Source: Centroscyllium fabricii
Taxonomy: Eukaryota
Length of the DNA stretch: 64,000 nucleotides
Direction: 5' to 3'
Assembly: GCA_051313645.2 (NCBI GenBank)
Contig: JBNRSN020000018.1
Coordinates: 113,212,001 to 113,276,000, forward strand
Under the pieces are notes generated by a model, which searched no databases, was not told where the DNA came from, and saw only the letters and a list, made by a program, of their open reading frames with translations. Shown one piece after another: positions 1 through 14,534 of the stretch. The position numbers and the translations under genes are program-made. Within the stretch, counting starts at the first letter, position 1; each line of letters starts with the position of its first letter.

Positions 1-1974
1 GTTGCACACTCAGTTATGCACAGTGACACACTCAGTGAAACATTCAGTGACACACTCAGCAACAAACAGTGACATGCTTGGTGACACGCTCGGTGACACA
101 CTCAGTGACACACTCAGTGACACTCAGTGACACATTCAGTGACACACACACCGTAACAAACTGTGACAAACTCCGAGACACACTCACGGTGACACACTCC
201 GAGACACACACATAGTGATACATTCAGTGACACACACAGTTACAAACAGTGGCACCCTCAGTGACACACTCAGTGACACACACACAGTTGCAAACAGTGC
301 ACACTCAGTGACACACTCAGTGACCAGTGACACACATGCAGTGACAAACACACAGTGACTCACTCAGTGACACACACAGTAGCAAACACTGACTCACCCA
401 GTGACACAGACTCAGTGACACACACATAGTAACAGTGACACACTCAGTGACATACTCAGTGACACACTCAGTGACACACACAGTGGCACACACAGTGGCA
501 CACTCAGTGGGACACACACAGTAGCAAACAGTGACTCACTCAGTGACACACACTCAGTGACAAACACAGAATGACACACTCAGTGACTCACACACAGTAA
601 GAGTGACACACTTAGTGACACACTCATGACACTCACACAGTAACACACAGTGACACACTTGCTGACACTCACAGTAACAAACAGTGACACACACAGTGAC
701 GGCACTCAGTGATACACTGGGTGACACAAATGCAGTTACATGCTTAGTAACACACTCAGTTGCACACTCAGTGATGCAGTGACACACTCAGTGAAACATT
801 CAGTGACACACTCAGTAACACTCAGTGACACACTCAGTGACACACTCAGTGACACACACAGTAACAAACAGTGACACACTCAGAGACACGCGCAGGGTGA
901 CACACTACGAGACACACACATAGTGATACACTCAGCGACACACACACACAGTTACAAACAGTGACACACTCAGTGACACACTCAGTAACACACACACAGT
1001 TGCAAACAGTGACACGCTCAGTGACACAGTGACTGATTAAGTGACACAAACAGTGACACACACATAGTAACAAACAGTGACACACTCAGTGGCACACTCA
1101 GTGACACACTCAGTAACACACACACAGTTGCAAACAGTGACACGCTCAGTGACACAGTGACTGATTCAGTGACACAAACAGTGACACACACATAGTAACA
1201 AACAGTGACACACTCAGTGACCAGTGACACACATGCAGTGACACACACTCAGTGACACATTCTCAGTGACACACACTCAGTGACTCTCAGTGACACACTC
1301 AGTGACTCATTCAATGACACACTCAGTGACACACTCAGTGACACACACTCAGTGACACAAACAGTGACTCACTCAGTGACACAGACTCAGTGACACACAT
1401 ATAGTAACAGTGACACACACAGTGACACACTCAGTGACACACTAACTGACAAACATACAATGACATATTCCGTGACACACTAAGTGACACACTCAGTAAG
1501 AGTGACACACTTAGTGACACACTCAGTAAGAGTGACACACTTAGTGACACACTCAGTGACACACACACAGTAACAAACTCAGTGACACACACAGTAACAA
1601 ACAGTGGCACACAGTAACAGTGACACACTTAGTGGCGGACTCAATGACACACACACAGTAACAAATAGTGACACACTTAGTGACACACACAGTGACAGAC
1701 TCAGTGATACACTTGGTGACACACATGCAGTTACACGCTCAGTGACGCACACAGTGACAAACACAGAGTGTCACACACAATGACACAATCAGTGACACAC
1801 ACTGAGACACACTCAGTAACACAGTCAGTGACACACTCAGGCACAGTGACACTCAGTGAAACATTCAGTGGCACACTCAGTGACACACTCAGTGACACAC
1901 ACAGAGTAACAAACAGTAACAAACTCAGAGACACACTCAGTGACTCACACTCAGTGACATAGTCAGTGACAGTT

Positions 1975-2448
1975 TTTTTTTATTATTCATTGATGGGATG
2001 TGGGCGTCGCTGGCTGGCTAGGCCTGCATTTATTGCCCATCCCTAATTGCCCTTGAGAAGATGGTGGTGAGCCGCCTTCTTGAACCGCTGCAGTCTTATT
2101 GTTTGTCACGTTTGTTTACAACTGAGTGGTGTGCTAGGCCATTTCAGAGGGCATTAAGAGTCAACCACATTGCTGTGGGTCTGGAGTCACATGTAGGCCA
2201 GACCAGGTAAGGACGGCAGATTTCCTTCCCTAAAGGACATTAGTGAACCAGATGGGTTTTTGCAACAATCGACAATGGTATCATGGTCGCCATTACTAAG
2301 ACTAACATTTAATTCCAGAATTAAACTGAATTGAATTTAAATTCCACCAGCTGCCGTGGTGGGATTTGAACCCATATCCTCAGAGCATTTGACTGAGCCT
2401 CTGAGCTTACTAGTCTAGTGACATAACCATTATGCCACCACCTCCCCT
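1975..2448 (-). mobile_element. tRNA-derived SINE with LINE-like 3' tail, copy 1
   Basis: Reverse complement of 18927-19395. B-box-like GGTTCAAATCC, A-rich tail, AGTT direct repeats at 1971-1974 and 2449-2452. Confidence 0.9.
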
Positions 2449-4504
2449 AGTTACTCAATGACACACAGTGACACACACTCGGTAACACACACACAGTGAC
2501 AAACACAGTGACACACACTGTGAGACACAGTAACACACACAGTAACACACACTCAATAACACATTCAGTTACACACTCAGTAACACACACAGTGATGCAC
2601 TCAGTGACACACACACATTAACAAACAGTGACACACTCAGTGACACACTCAGTGACACACACAGTGGCACACACAGTGGGACACTCCGTGGGACACACAC
2701 AGTAGCAAACAGTGTCTCACTCAGTGACACACACTCAGTGACACACACACACAGTAACAGTGACACACACTCAGTGGCAAACACAGAATCACATACTCAG
2801 TGACACACTCAGTGACACACACACAGTAAGAGTGACACACTTAGTGACACAGTCAGTGACACTCACACAGTAACAAACAGTGACACACTTGGTGACACTC
2901 ACAGTAACAAACAGTGACACACACAGTGACGGCACTCAGTGATACACTCGGTGACACAAATGCAGTTACATGCTTAGTAACACACTCAGTTGCACACTCA
3001 GTGATGCACAGTGACACACTCAGTGAAACATTCAGTGACACACTCAGTAACACTCAGTGACACACTCAGTGACACACTCAGTGACACACACACAGTAACA
3101 AACAGTGACAAACTCAGAGACACACGCACGGTGACACACTCCGAGACACATACATAGTGATACACTCAGCGACACACACCCAGTTACAAACAGTGGCACA
3201 CTCAGTGACACACTCAGTGACACACACACAGTTGCAAACAGTGACACACTCAGTGACACACACAGTTACAAGCAGTGACACACTCAGTGACACACACAGT
3301 TACAAACAGTGGCACACTCAGTGACACACTCAGTGACACACACACAGTTGCAAACAGTGGCACACTCAGTGACACACACAGTTACAAGCAGTGACACACT
3401 CAGTGACACACACACAATTACAAACAGTGGCACACTCAGTGACACACTCAGTGACACACACACAGTTGCAAACAGTGACACACACAGTTACAAGCAGTGA
3501 CACACTCAGTGACACACACAGTTACAAACAGTGACACACTCAGTGACACACTCAGTGACACAGTGACTAATTCAGTGACACAAACAGTGACACACACATA
3601 GTAACAAACAGTGAAACACTCAGTGACCAGTGACACACACTCAGTGACACATTCTCAGTGACACATTCTCAGTGACACACACTCAGTGACACACTCCGTG
3701 ACTCATTCAATGACACACTCAGTGACACAGTCAGTGACACACACTCAGTGACACACACTCAGTGACACAAACAGTGACTCACTCAGTGACACAGACTCAG
3801 TGACACACTCATAGTAACAGTGACACACACAGTGACACACTCAGTGACCCATTCAATGACACACTCAGTGACACACTCAGTGACACACACTCGGTGACAC
3901 AAACAGTGACTCACTCAGTGACACAGACTCAGTGACACACACATAGTAACAGTGACACACACAGTGACACACTCAGTGACACACTAACTGACAAACATAC
4001 AATGACATATTCCGTGACACACTAAATGACACACTCAGTAAGAGTGACACACTTAGTGACACACTCAGTAAGAGTGACACACTTAGTGACACACTCAGTG
4101 ACACACACAGTAACAATCTCAGTGACACACACAGTAACAAACAGTGGCACACAGTAAGAGTGACACACTTAGTGGCGGACTCAATGACACACACACAGTA
4201 ACAAATAGTGACACACTTAGTGACACACACAGTGACAGACTCAGTGATACACTTGGTGACACACATGCAGTTACACGCTCAGTGACGCACACAGCGACAA
4301 ACACAGAGTGTCACACACAATGACACAATCAGTGACACACACTGAGACACACTCAGTAACACAGTCAGTGACACACTCAGGCACAGTGAAACATTCAGTG
4401 ACACACTCAGTGACACACTCAGTGACTCACACAGAGTAACAAACAGTAACAAACTCAGAGACACACTCAGTGACTCACACTCAGTGACATAGTCAGTGAC
4501 AGTT

Positions 4505-4977
4505 TTTTTTTATTATTCATTGATGGGATGTGGGCGTCGCTGGCTGGCTAGGCCTGCATTTATTGCCCATCCCTAATTGCCCTTGAGAAGATGGTGGTGA
4601 GCCGCCTTCTTGAACCGCTGCAGTCTTATTGTTTGTCACGTTTGTTTACAACTGAGTGGTGTGCTAGACCATTTCAGAGGGCATTAAGAGTCAACCACAT
4701 TGCTGTGGGTCTGGAGTCACATGTAGGCCAGACCAGGTAAGGACGGCAGATTTCCTTCCCTAAAGGACATTAGTGAACCAGATGGGTTTTTGCAACAATC
4801 GACAATGGTATCATGGTCGCCATTACTAAGACTAATATTTAATTCCAGAATTAAACTGAATTGAATTTAAATTCCACCAGCTGCCGTGGTGGGATTTGAA
4901 CCCATATCCTCAGAGCATTTGACTGAGCCTCTGGCTTACTAGTCTAGTGACATAACCACTACGCCACCGCCTCCCCT
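4505..4977 (-). mobile_element. tRNA-derived SINE, copy 2 (duplicated with the satellite)
   Basis: About 6 differences from copy 1, identical flanks, same AGTT TSD, offset 2530 bp. Confidence 0.9.
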
Positions 4978-7900
4978 AGTTACTCAATGACACACAGTGA
5001 CACACACTCAGTAACACACACACAGTGACACACAGTAACACACACAGTAACACACACTCAATAACACATTCAGTTACACACTCAGTAACACACACAATGA
5101 TGCACGCAGTGACACACACACATTAACAAACAGTGACACACTCAGTGACACTCTTCAGTGACACACACAGTGACACACTCTGACATACACAGTAACACAC
5201 TGACACACACAGTAACGCACTCAGTGACACAGAGATGCATTCAGTCACACACACAATGACACACTCAGTCACACACACTCAGTCACACACATTGACAGTG
5301 ACACACACTCAGTGACACGCACTGATTGACACACACTCAGTGACACACACTCAGTGACACACACTCATTGACACACACACAGTGACACACACAGTGACAC
5401 ACACTCAGTGACACACTCAGTGACACACACTCAGTGACACATTCAGTTACACGCTCAGTAACACATACAGTGATGCACTCAGTGACACACACACATTAAC
5501 AAACAGTGAAACACTTAGTGACACTCTTCAGTGACACACAGAGTTCGACACTCAGTGACACACTCCGTGACACACACTCCATGACACACACTCCGTGACA
5601 CACCCAGTGACACACAAATTGACAGTGACACACTCACAGTGACACACACACAGTGACACACACACAGTGATACACTCCCAGTGTCACACACACAGTGACA
5701 CACACACAGTGACACACACAGTGACACACTCACAGTGACACACACACAGTGACACACACACAGTGACACACTCCCAGTGACACACTCCCAGTGACACACA
5801 CATTGACACACTCCCAGTGACACACACACAGTGACACACACTCAGTGACACTCTCAACTCACACTCAGTGACACACCGTGACACACCATGACACACCGTG
5901 ACAGAGTGACACACAGTGACACACACTCTGTGACACACAGTGACTCACACTCAGTGGCACGCTCAGTGACACACTCAGTGACACACACAGTAACACACAC
6001 AGTGACACACTCAGTGACACACTCAGTGACACACACACAGTGATAAACAGTGACACGCTCGGTGACACAGTGGCCCACACACAGTAACAAATAGTCAGTG
6101 ACAGTTACTCAATGACACTCAGTGACACACACTCAGTAATACACACACAGTGACACACTCAGTGACACACTCAGTGACACACACTCAGTAACACACACAG
6201 TGACACACTCAGTGACACACACTCAATAACACACACAGTTACACACTCAGTGACACACACTCAATAACACATTCAGTTACACGCTCAGTAACACACACCT
6301 TGATGCACTCAGTGACACACACACATTAACAGTGAAACACTCAGTGACACACACTCCGTGACACACACTCCGTGACACACAGCCGTGACACACACTCCAT
6401 GACACACACTCCATGACACACACTCCATGACACACACTCCGTGACACACACTCCATGACACACACTCAGTAACACTCAGTGGCTCACACTCAGTGACACA
6501 TTCTCAGTGACATACAATGACACACACTCAGTGACACACTCTCAGTGACACACTCTCAGTGACACACTCTCAGTGACACACTCTCAGAGACACACACTCA
6601 GTAACACTCAGTGGCTCACACTCAGTGACACATTCTCAGTGACACACACAGTAACAAACAGTAACAAACTCAGAGACACACTCACAGTGACACACTCAGA
6701 GACACACTCAGTGACACACACACAGTTACAAACAGTGACACACCCAGTGCCACACACACAGTGACACACACAGTGACACACTCAGTGCCACACACACAGT
6801 GACACACAGTGACACACACAGTAACAAACAGTGACACACTAAGTGTCACACACACAGTAACAAACTGTGACACACTCAGTAACACACTCAGTGACACACA
6901 CTCAGTAACACACACACAGTGTCACACTCAATTTATCATTCAGCGACACACACAGTGACACACTCAGTGTCACACACACAGTAACAAACAGTGACACACT
7001 CAGTAACACACTCAGTGACACACACTCAGTAACACACACACAGTGTCACACTCAATTTACCATTCAGCGACATACACAGTGACACACTCAGTAACATACT
7101 CAATGAAACATTCAGTGACACATAGTGACACACTCGGTGACACACTCTGACACACAGTGATGCAGTCCATGACACACACACATTAACAAACAGTGGTTCA
7201 CTCAGTGACACACACAGTGACACACACAGAGACACATTCAGTGACACACACTCAGTGACACACACACAGTAACACATGCATAGTCACTAACACATAGTGA
7301 CACACTCAGTGACACACACTCAGAGACACATTCAGTGACACACACTCAGTGACACACACAGTGACACATGCATAGTCACTAACAGAGTGACACACTCAGT
7401 GACACATTTAGTGACACACACTCAGTGACACAGAAAATGTGACACACTCAATAACACACTCAGTGACACACACAGAGACACAGTCAGTGACACACACACA
7501 GAAACAGTGATACACTCAGTTGCAGACTCAGTGACACGCACACTAACAGTGACACACACAGAGTAACAAACAGTAACAAACTCAGAGACACACTCACAGT
7601 GACACACACAGTAACACACTCAGTGACACACACAGTAACAGTGACACATTCAGAGAGACACAAAGTTACACATTCAGTGCCACACTCAGAGTCACACTCA
7701 GTGTCACACTCAGTGACACACACTCAGTGACACACACTGAGTTTTTCATTCAGTGACACACACAGTGATACACTCAGTAATATACTCAGTGAAACATTCA
7801 GTGACACATTGTGACACAGTCAGTGACACACTCTGACACACACAGTGATGCAGTCCATGATACACACACATTAACAAACAGTGGTTCATTCAGTGACACT

Positions 7901-10253
7901 CTCAGTGACACACTCTCAGTGACACACAGTGACACACACAGTGACACACACAGTGACACACTCTCAGTGACACACAGTGACACAGTGACACACACAGTGA
8001 CACACACTCAGTGACACACACTGTAACACACACTCAGTGACACACTCAGTGACTCACACTCAGTGACATAGTCCGTGACAGTTACTCAATAACACACAGT
8101 GACATGCACTCAGTAACACACACAGTGACACACACAGTGAGACACAGTAACACATACAGTGACACACTCAATAACACATTCAATTACACGCTCAGTAACA
8201 CACAGTGACACACTCTGACATACACAGTAACACACTCTGACACACAGTAACGCACTCAGTGACACAGAGAAGGACACAGTGACACACACAATGACACACA
8301 CTCAGTCACACACATTGACAGTGACACACACTCAGTCACACACTCATTGACACACACACAGTGACACACTCAGTGACACACACTAAGTGACACATTCAGT
8401 TACACACTCAGTAACACACACAGTGATGCACTCAGTGACACACACACATTAACAAACAGTGACACACTCAGTGACACACTCACTGACACACTCCGTGACA
8501 CACACTCAGTGACACACTCTGTGACACACACTCAGTGACACACACTCAGTGACACACTCAGTGACAGTGACAAACTCACAGTGACACACACACAGTGACA
8601 CACTCCCAGTGACACACAGTGACACACACAGTGACACACACAGTGAGACACAGTGACACACACTCAATAACACATTCATTTACACGCTCAGTAACACACA
8701 GTGACACACTCTGACATACACAGTAACACACTCTGACACACAGTAACGCACTCAGTGACACAGAGAAGGACACAGTGACACACACAATGACACACACTCA
8801 GTCACACACATTGACAGTGACACACACTCAGTCACACACTCAGTGACACACACTAAGTGACACATTTAGTTACACACTCAGTAACACACACAGTGATGCA
8901 CTCAGTGACACACACACATTAACAAACAGTGACACACTCCGTGACACACACTCAGTGACACACTCCGTGACACACACTCAGTGACACACTCCGTGACACA
9001 CACTCAGTGACACACTCAGTGACAGTGACAAACTCACAGTGACACACACACAGTGACACACTCCCAGTGACACACAGTGACTCACACTCAGTGACACTCT
9101 CAACGCACACTCAGTGACACTCTCAGTGACACACCGTGACACAGTGACACACAGTGACACACAATGACACACACTCAGTGACACACTCAGTGACACTCAG
9201 TGACACACTCATTGACACACACACAGCGACACACTCAGTGACACACACTCAGTGACACATTCAGTTACACACTCAGTAACACACACAGTGATGCACTCAG
9301 TGACACACACACATTAACAAACAGTGACACACTCAGTGACACACTCAGTGACATACTCCGTGACACACACTCAGTGACACACTCCGTGACACACACTCAG
9401 TGACACACTCCGTGACACACACTCAGTGACACACTCAGTGACAGTGACAAACTCACAGTGACACTCTCAACTCACACTCAGTGACACTCTCAGTGACACA
9501 CCGTGACACACCATGACACACCGTGACACAGTAACACACAGTGACACACAATGACACACACTCAGTGACACACTCAGTGACACTCAGTGACACACTCATT
9601 GACACACACAGTGACACACTCAGTGACACACACTCAGTGACACATTCAGTTACACACTCAGTAACACACACAGTGATGCACTCAGTGACACACACTCATT
9701 AACAAACAGTGACACACTCAGTGACACACTCACTGACACACTCAGTGACACATTCTGTGACACACACTCAGTGACACACTCCGTGACACACACTCAGTGA
9801 CACACTCAGTGACAGTGACAAACTCACAGTGACACACACACAGTGACACACTCCCAGTGACACACAGTAACTCACACTCAGTGACACTCTCAACTCACAC
9901 TCAGTGACACACTCAGTGACAGTGACAAACTCACAGTGACACACACACAGTGACACACTCCCAGTGACACACAGTGACTCACACTCAGTGACACTCTCAA
10001 CTCACACTCAGTGACACTCTCAGTGACACACCGTGACACACCATGACACAGTGACACACAGTGACACACACTCAGTGACACATTCATTGACACACACACA
10101 GTGACACACTCAGTGACACACACTCAGTGACACATTCAGTTACACACTCAGTAACACACACAGTGATGCACTCAGTGACACACACACATTAATAAACAGT
10201 GACACACTCAGTGACACACTGACTGACACACTCCGTGACACACACTCAGTGAC

Positions 10254-11322
10254 TGATCCTCTCGCCACCCTGGGCCGGTGAATGATCTGCTGCTGCTGCT
10301 GATGTTGCAGGCTGGGAAATGCTGGAAGTGCCTGCGACATGGCCGCTGTCAATTGATGGCTGGAGACTGACAGGAGGCCGGGGGAGGGGAGGGGAGGGGG
10401 GATCAGAGAATCCGGGAGGAGGGGGGAGCACGGTATTCCGGGGCAGGCACTGCCCCCCCCCCTCACTCCCTCCCTCCCCCATCCACCCCACCTCCCCAAG
10501 ACCCTCTTACCTGGGAGTTGGAGAGATAAGGGGTGGAGGGGGGCGGGGAGTTGAGAGGTTGCACAGGGAGAGGCCAAGTGCTCTTTAAAGTGAGTGCAGA
10601 GGGAGGGAGGTGTGAGTGAGTGTGTGAGTGAGGGGGGGCTGTGGTTGTTGAGGTGAGCCAGGGGTGTGCAAGTCTCTCTCTCTCTCACACACACACAGCT
10701 CATTGTCCTCGCTCTATTGTTGCCTTGTGTTGTTTGTCTCCAGCCGCCTTATGACCAGCCCGGGGATCTCACATCGCCCTTGACAGCAGCAGGCAACACA
10801 TCTCTCTCTCTCTCTCTGTATGCGCCACGTCGGAGACGAGAACACCAGCAACACCAGGTACGGTCTCTCCAAACTGCAGGAGACTTTTTTCTTTAACAAA
10901 AAAAAACTCCTGCCTTCCAATTTCTTTTTCCTGCCTTGATTCTCTCTGCAAAACCCCCCTTTGGTCCAGTCACTGGGAAACACACAGACAGACACAGACA
11001 GTTCCCCAGTAATCTCTCCTTTTGACAAGTACCTGCTGTTAAACGAGCACTGAGTCTGTACTCTCTCTGTCTAATTCCCTCTCTCTCTCTCTGGGTGTTT
11101 TAGTGAAAGCTGTTTTTGTTATTTTATTGTTGTTGTTGTTGCTGGAGTCGACCTCCCTCCCTCTCCTCTCCTCCCCTTCCCTTCCCTCCTCCCATTGAGT
11201 TGCCTTTCGCTGGGCGAGCCCGGGATCACCGCGACCGTTCAATCCCTGGTCGAGCGAGGAGCCAAGTCGCCGCTTTCCGCCTGGTCTTCGCGACTTCCAC
11301 CCTAAACAAGACGGAGGTTAGC
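10254..11322. promoter_or_regulatory. CpG/GC-rich promoter and probable non-coding first exon of an unidentified gene
   Basis: Unique sequence with G-tracts, (CT)n/(GT)n microsatellites, raised CpG (11210-11300) and a + strand donor-like GAG|GTTAGC at 11316/11317. No recognisable protein. Confidence 0.45.
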
Positions 11323-12343
11323 AGTCTGTTGTGCAGTTTCCCTGCGGATTGTCTTGGCCCCGGTATCTTAATTGCTTTTTTTAAAGAGTTAAAATGTGTT
11401 ATTTTTGTGGGGGGGGGGGGGCAGATTTCACGTGGGCTGAAGGTTGCTGAGATGGTTCGAGTCCCTCGACACGTGGATATCTTAGAAATCGACAAGAATC
11501 AGGGACGAGTTTATTGCAAGGGTTCGATGGGGCATTTTACAAGACGCTTGATCCTGCTGGTTACTTGGACTGCTGATCTGGAAACGGTGGGGGGGGGGGG
11601 GGTCTCTGCGTTTTTTTTAAAAAAAAGTTGCTTTAAAAAAAAAATCTGGTGCAGACAAAAAACTATTTGCCTCATTCCTGCTTTTGTTTGCGCTTATAAT
11701 GGGAGAGCGCGGAATGAATTGAGGGCTAACAATGGAGCTGAAATAAGCACAAAGCGGCGAAGAAATGAAGTATATAGAAAGAGAATTATCATATAGTGTT
11801 GAGAACGTAATGAAAGGTCAGTCTAGCTGCACACAAGCGCTTATTATGCCAGAGATGTCCTTTCATTTATTCTCTCTCTCTCTCTCTCTCACCCAACTCT
11901 CAGGACTTTTAGTATCATTTGTGAAGTCCTTTTTCTTTCGATGTGAAGTCCTTTTTCTTTTAATCTTTCCTATCACCGGGAATTGGAGCCTGGATTTCAA
12001 AGCCCTGTTTCTGGAGGCGGTGTGGGAATGGGTGCGGGTTGGAGAGGATCGCTCTCTCTCTCTCTCTCTGTAACACTCAGAGCCAGTAAACAAATTCCTA
12101 TCGTGTAGCTACTTGTCCGGGTGACATTTCCATTTGTGTCACTTAAAAAGCATCCAAAGGCAGAAAGAAATGTTGGGCGAAAAATTGACGGGAGGGGAAG
12201 TTCCTCCCGCTCCCCCCTTCCTCCCTCTTTGCATTATTTTTTTTTAAACTCTGAAAATACCCTTCGGGGATTTGCATTAAAAGCAAGTTGTTAAAAGTGG
12301 CAAACGGTGCTGCCTTTTTTTCCGCGATTTCTAACTTTACTGG

Positions 12344-12518
12344 CCATGATGTGGAAGTGCCGGTGTTGGACTGGGGTGGACAAATGCAAGAAGTCTCACA
12401 ACACCAGGTTATAGTCCAAGAGTTTTATTTGAAATCCCTTGGGGCAGACGCTCCGAAAGCTTGTGATTTCAAATAAAACTGTTGGACTATAACCTGGTGT
12501 TGTGTGACTTCTTGCATT
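12344..12518. mobile_element. Penelope-like element terminus (family A), partial inverted pLTR
   Basis: Same sequence as 27748-28245 and 45445-45814. Internal inversion. 12-bp TSD TAACTTTACTGG at 12332-12343 and 12519-12530. The hammerhead CUGA box is truncated. Confidence 0.8.
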
Positions 12519-13007
12519 TAACTTTACTGGAAGCCCCTATCGTTTGCGCCGATCTCTTTGATCGGAGGAGGGGAACCGTTTGAAGCGCAGATGGGGAAAG
12601 TTTTGAATGAGAAAAGTTTCTGAGCGGCGCGTTGATCAGCCGAGTGGTTTGTGCCACCCCACCTTGTCCAAGGCTGTTTGCGATGCTCGCTTTGGCCATT
12701 TCACACCCAGCCTTCTGCCTGACGGGCATCTGATCGCCCCTCCAAATGCTTTCACTTTTAAGATCTCGCCTTTATTATGTAAAAAAAAGGCAATTAGAGT
12801 TGTATCTGTTTGTTTTAAACAAAAATGCCTGTTAATTGGCGTGATCAAAAACCTCTTCCTTGTAGACCTGGGCTGATTGCTTTGTAGCGACTCTGCATGG
12901 CACATATTGTAATTTGATGCCACTTCTGTTTGCAACCCGGCTCCCTCGTTAGAGAAACAAACTGTGCCTTTTATTACTAAAGTTTTCAGGATCAGACCCC
13001 TGGGCGT

Positions 13008-13797
13008 GCGGCACGGTGGCATAGTGGTTAGCACTGTTGCCTTACAGCACTAGAGACCCGGGTTCAAATCCAGCCTCGGGTGACTATCTGTGTGGAGTTT
13101 GCACATTCTCCCCGTGTCTGCGTGGGTTTCCTCCGGGTGCTCCGGTTTCCTCCCACAGTCCAAAGATAGAACATAGATTATACAGCACTGTACAGGCCCT
13201 TGGGCCCTCAATGTAGTCTGTCTCCGATTTTTCCTGTCCCCCCTACTCTTCCTTCCCCTCCATGTACCTGTCTATCATCCTTTTAAAAGCTCCCAGACTG
13301 TCCACATCCACTATTTCAGATGGTAGCCTATTCCACTCCCCGACCACTCTCTGTGTAAAGAACTTGCCCCTGCCATCCCTTCTGAATCTTCCTCCTTGAA
13401 TCTTTTGTTTGTGCCCTCTTGTTGTCGTTCTTCCCTCCCGGGGTAACAGTCTCTGCACGTCTACTCTGTCGATCCCCTTCATCATCTTAAACACCTCTAT
13501 CAAGTCCTCCCTCTTCCTTCTCCGTTCCAGGGAGAAGAGTCCCAGCTCCCTCAACCTCTCCTCGATGTGCGGGTTAGGTTGATTGACCAGGATAAATTGA
13601 CCCTTAGTGTTCGGGGGGATTAAATATGTGGGGTTACGGGGGATAGGGTGGGATGTGTGCCGGTGCAGGCTCGATAGGGATATGGGAAGAGGGCAGGGAC
13701 GGGGTGCTGGGTTTGGATGATCAGCCATGATCTCGTTGAATGGCAGAGCAGGCTCGAAGGGCCGAATGGCCTACTCCTGCTCCTATCTTCTATGTTT
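13008..13797 (+). mobile_element. HE1-like V-SINE, interrupted by a CR1 fragment
   Basis: tRNA head (GGTTCAAATCC), V-domain TCTCCCCGTGTCTGCGTGGGTTTCCTCCGGGTGCTCCGGTTTCCTCCCAC and CR1-type tail GGCCTACTCCTGCTCCTAT. Confidence 0.88.
13168..13563 (-). mobile_element. CR1 LINE 3' fragment nested in the V-SINE
   Basis: EERLRELGLFSLERRR..DLIEVFK..FFTQRVVGEWNRLP is a CR1 ORF2 C-terminus. Confidence 0.9.
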
Positions 13798-14301
13798 CCG
13801 CCCCCTCCAGCATTGCCAGAATGAGAGGCTCACTGGTTCCCGAAGCTGTGATTTTCGAGCCAGCCAGACTTTGGCTCCGTGTTATCACCACCTGAGTCAG
13901 ATGGTGAAGGGTTGGAGCCCCACTGCACACAGCCCCGGTGAGGGAGGGTCCAAGATATTGGGTTGACTTCCCGTGTGTTGCTGACACCTTTTGGATGCTG
14001 TGACCACTGGCAGAGGAGCAACTTTTCCCAGCTCTGGGGCACAAGGTCAGCCGGGTTCCAGCCCCTGCACTCCAGGTAGTCCAGGTGAGTAGAGACTGGA
14101 GTATAATGGCCTCTAAATACTGGGTTGACATCCAATGGGGGAGTCGCGTCTGGCTGGAGTGACCACTGGCTGAGGGGTGGTATTCCCAGCTCTGAGTCAG
14201 AAGTGATAGCAAAATACTGCGGATGCTGGAAATCCGAAACAACAACAGAAAACGCTGGAAAATCTCAGCAGGCCAGGCAGCATCGGTGGAGAGAGAAACA
14301 G

Positions 14302-14338
14302 AGTTAACGTTTCAGGTCGATGACCTTTCTTCAGAACT
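14302..14338 (-). ncRNA. Minimal type I hammerhead ribozyme motif (Penelope family B)
   Basis: AGUU-CUGAAGA-A-AGGUC(AUC)GACCU-GAAA-CGUU-AACU on the minus strand. Confidence 0.7.
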
Positions 14339-14497
14339 GGAGAAGCCAGGAGGGGGGATAGATTTTAAAGCTTGTGGGGGCTGGGGAAAAGGGGAGGGGT
14401 GGGGGGGGCTGAAAGAACAAAGGAAAGATCCGCGACAGGCTCCCCCTTTCCCCAGCCCCTACAAGCTTTAAAATCGATCCCCCTTCCTGGTTCCTCC

Positions 14498-14534
14498 AGT
14501 TCTGAAGAAAGGTCATCGACCTGAAACGTTAACT
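14498..14534 (+). ncRNA. Minimal type I hammerhead ribozyme motif (Penelope family B)
   Basis: AGTT CTGAAGA A AGGTC ATC GACCT GAAA CGTT AACT: 4-bp helix I, 5-bp helix II, loop-less palindromic helix III (AACGUU). Confidence 0.7.

Larger units (their letters stand above)
1..10253. repeat. Degenerate CA-rich satellite array, core ~CAGTGACACACT (10-14 bp variants) with higher-order duplicated blocks
   Basis: Continuous cagtgacacact/cagtaacaaa/cacacagt variants from the window start to 10253, broken only by two SINE copies. All ORFs here are low-complexity V/S/L/C/T translations. Confidence 0.97.

Noticed and set aside
317-10123. Dozens of 60-108 aa ORFs rich in Val/Ser/Cys/Thr
   Set aside because: Translations of the satellite, with no splice structure or domain.
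1-10253. Telomeric repeat or real Ig/TCR locus
   Set aside because: No TTAGGG arrays, no V/J coding segments and no consensus nonamers.
11116-11796. 226-aa ORF
   Set aside because: Non-ATG start, crosses microsatellites and homopolymers, no recognisable domain.
13008-13080. tRNA genes (also ~18930, ~18445, ~41630)
   Set aside because: tRNA-like boxes run into SINE bodies or are degenerate. No complete cloverleaf with a terminator.
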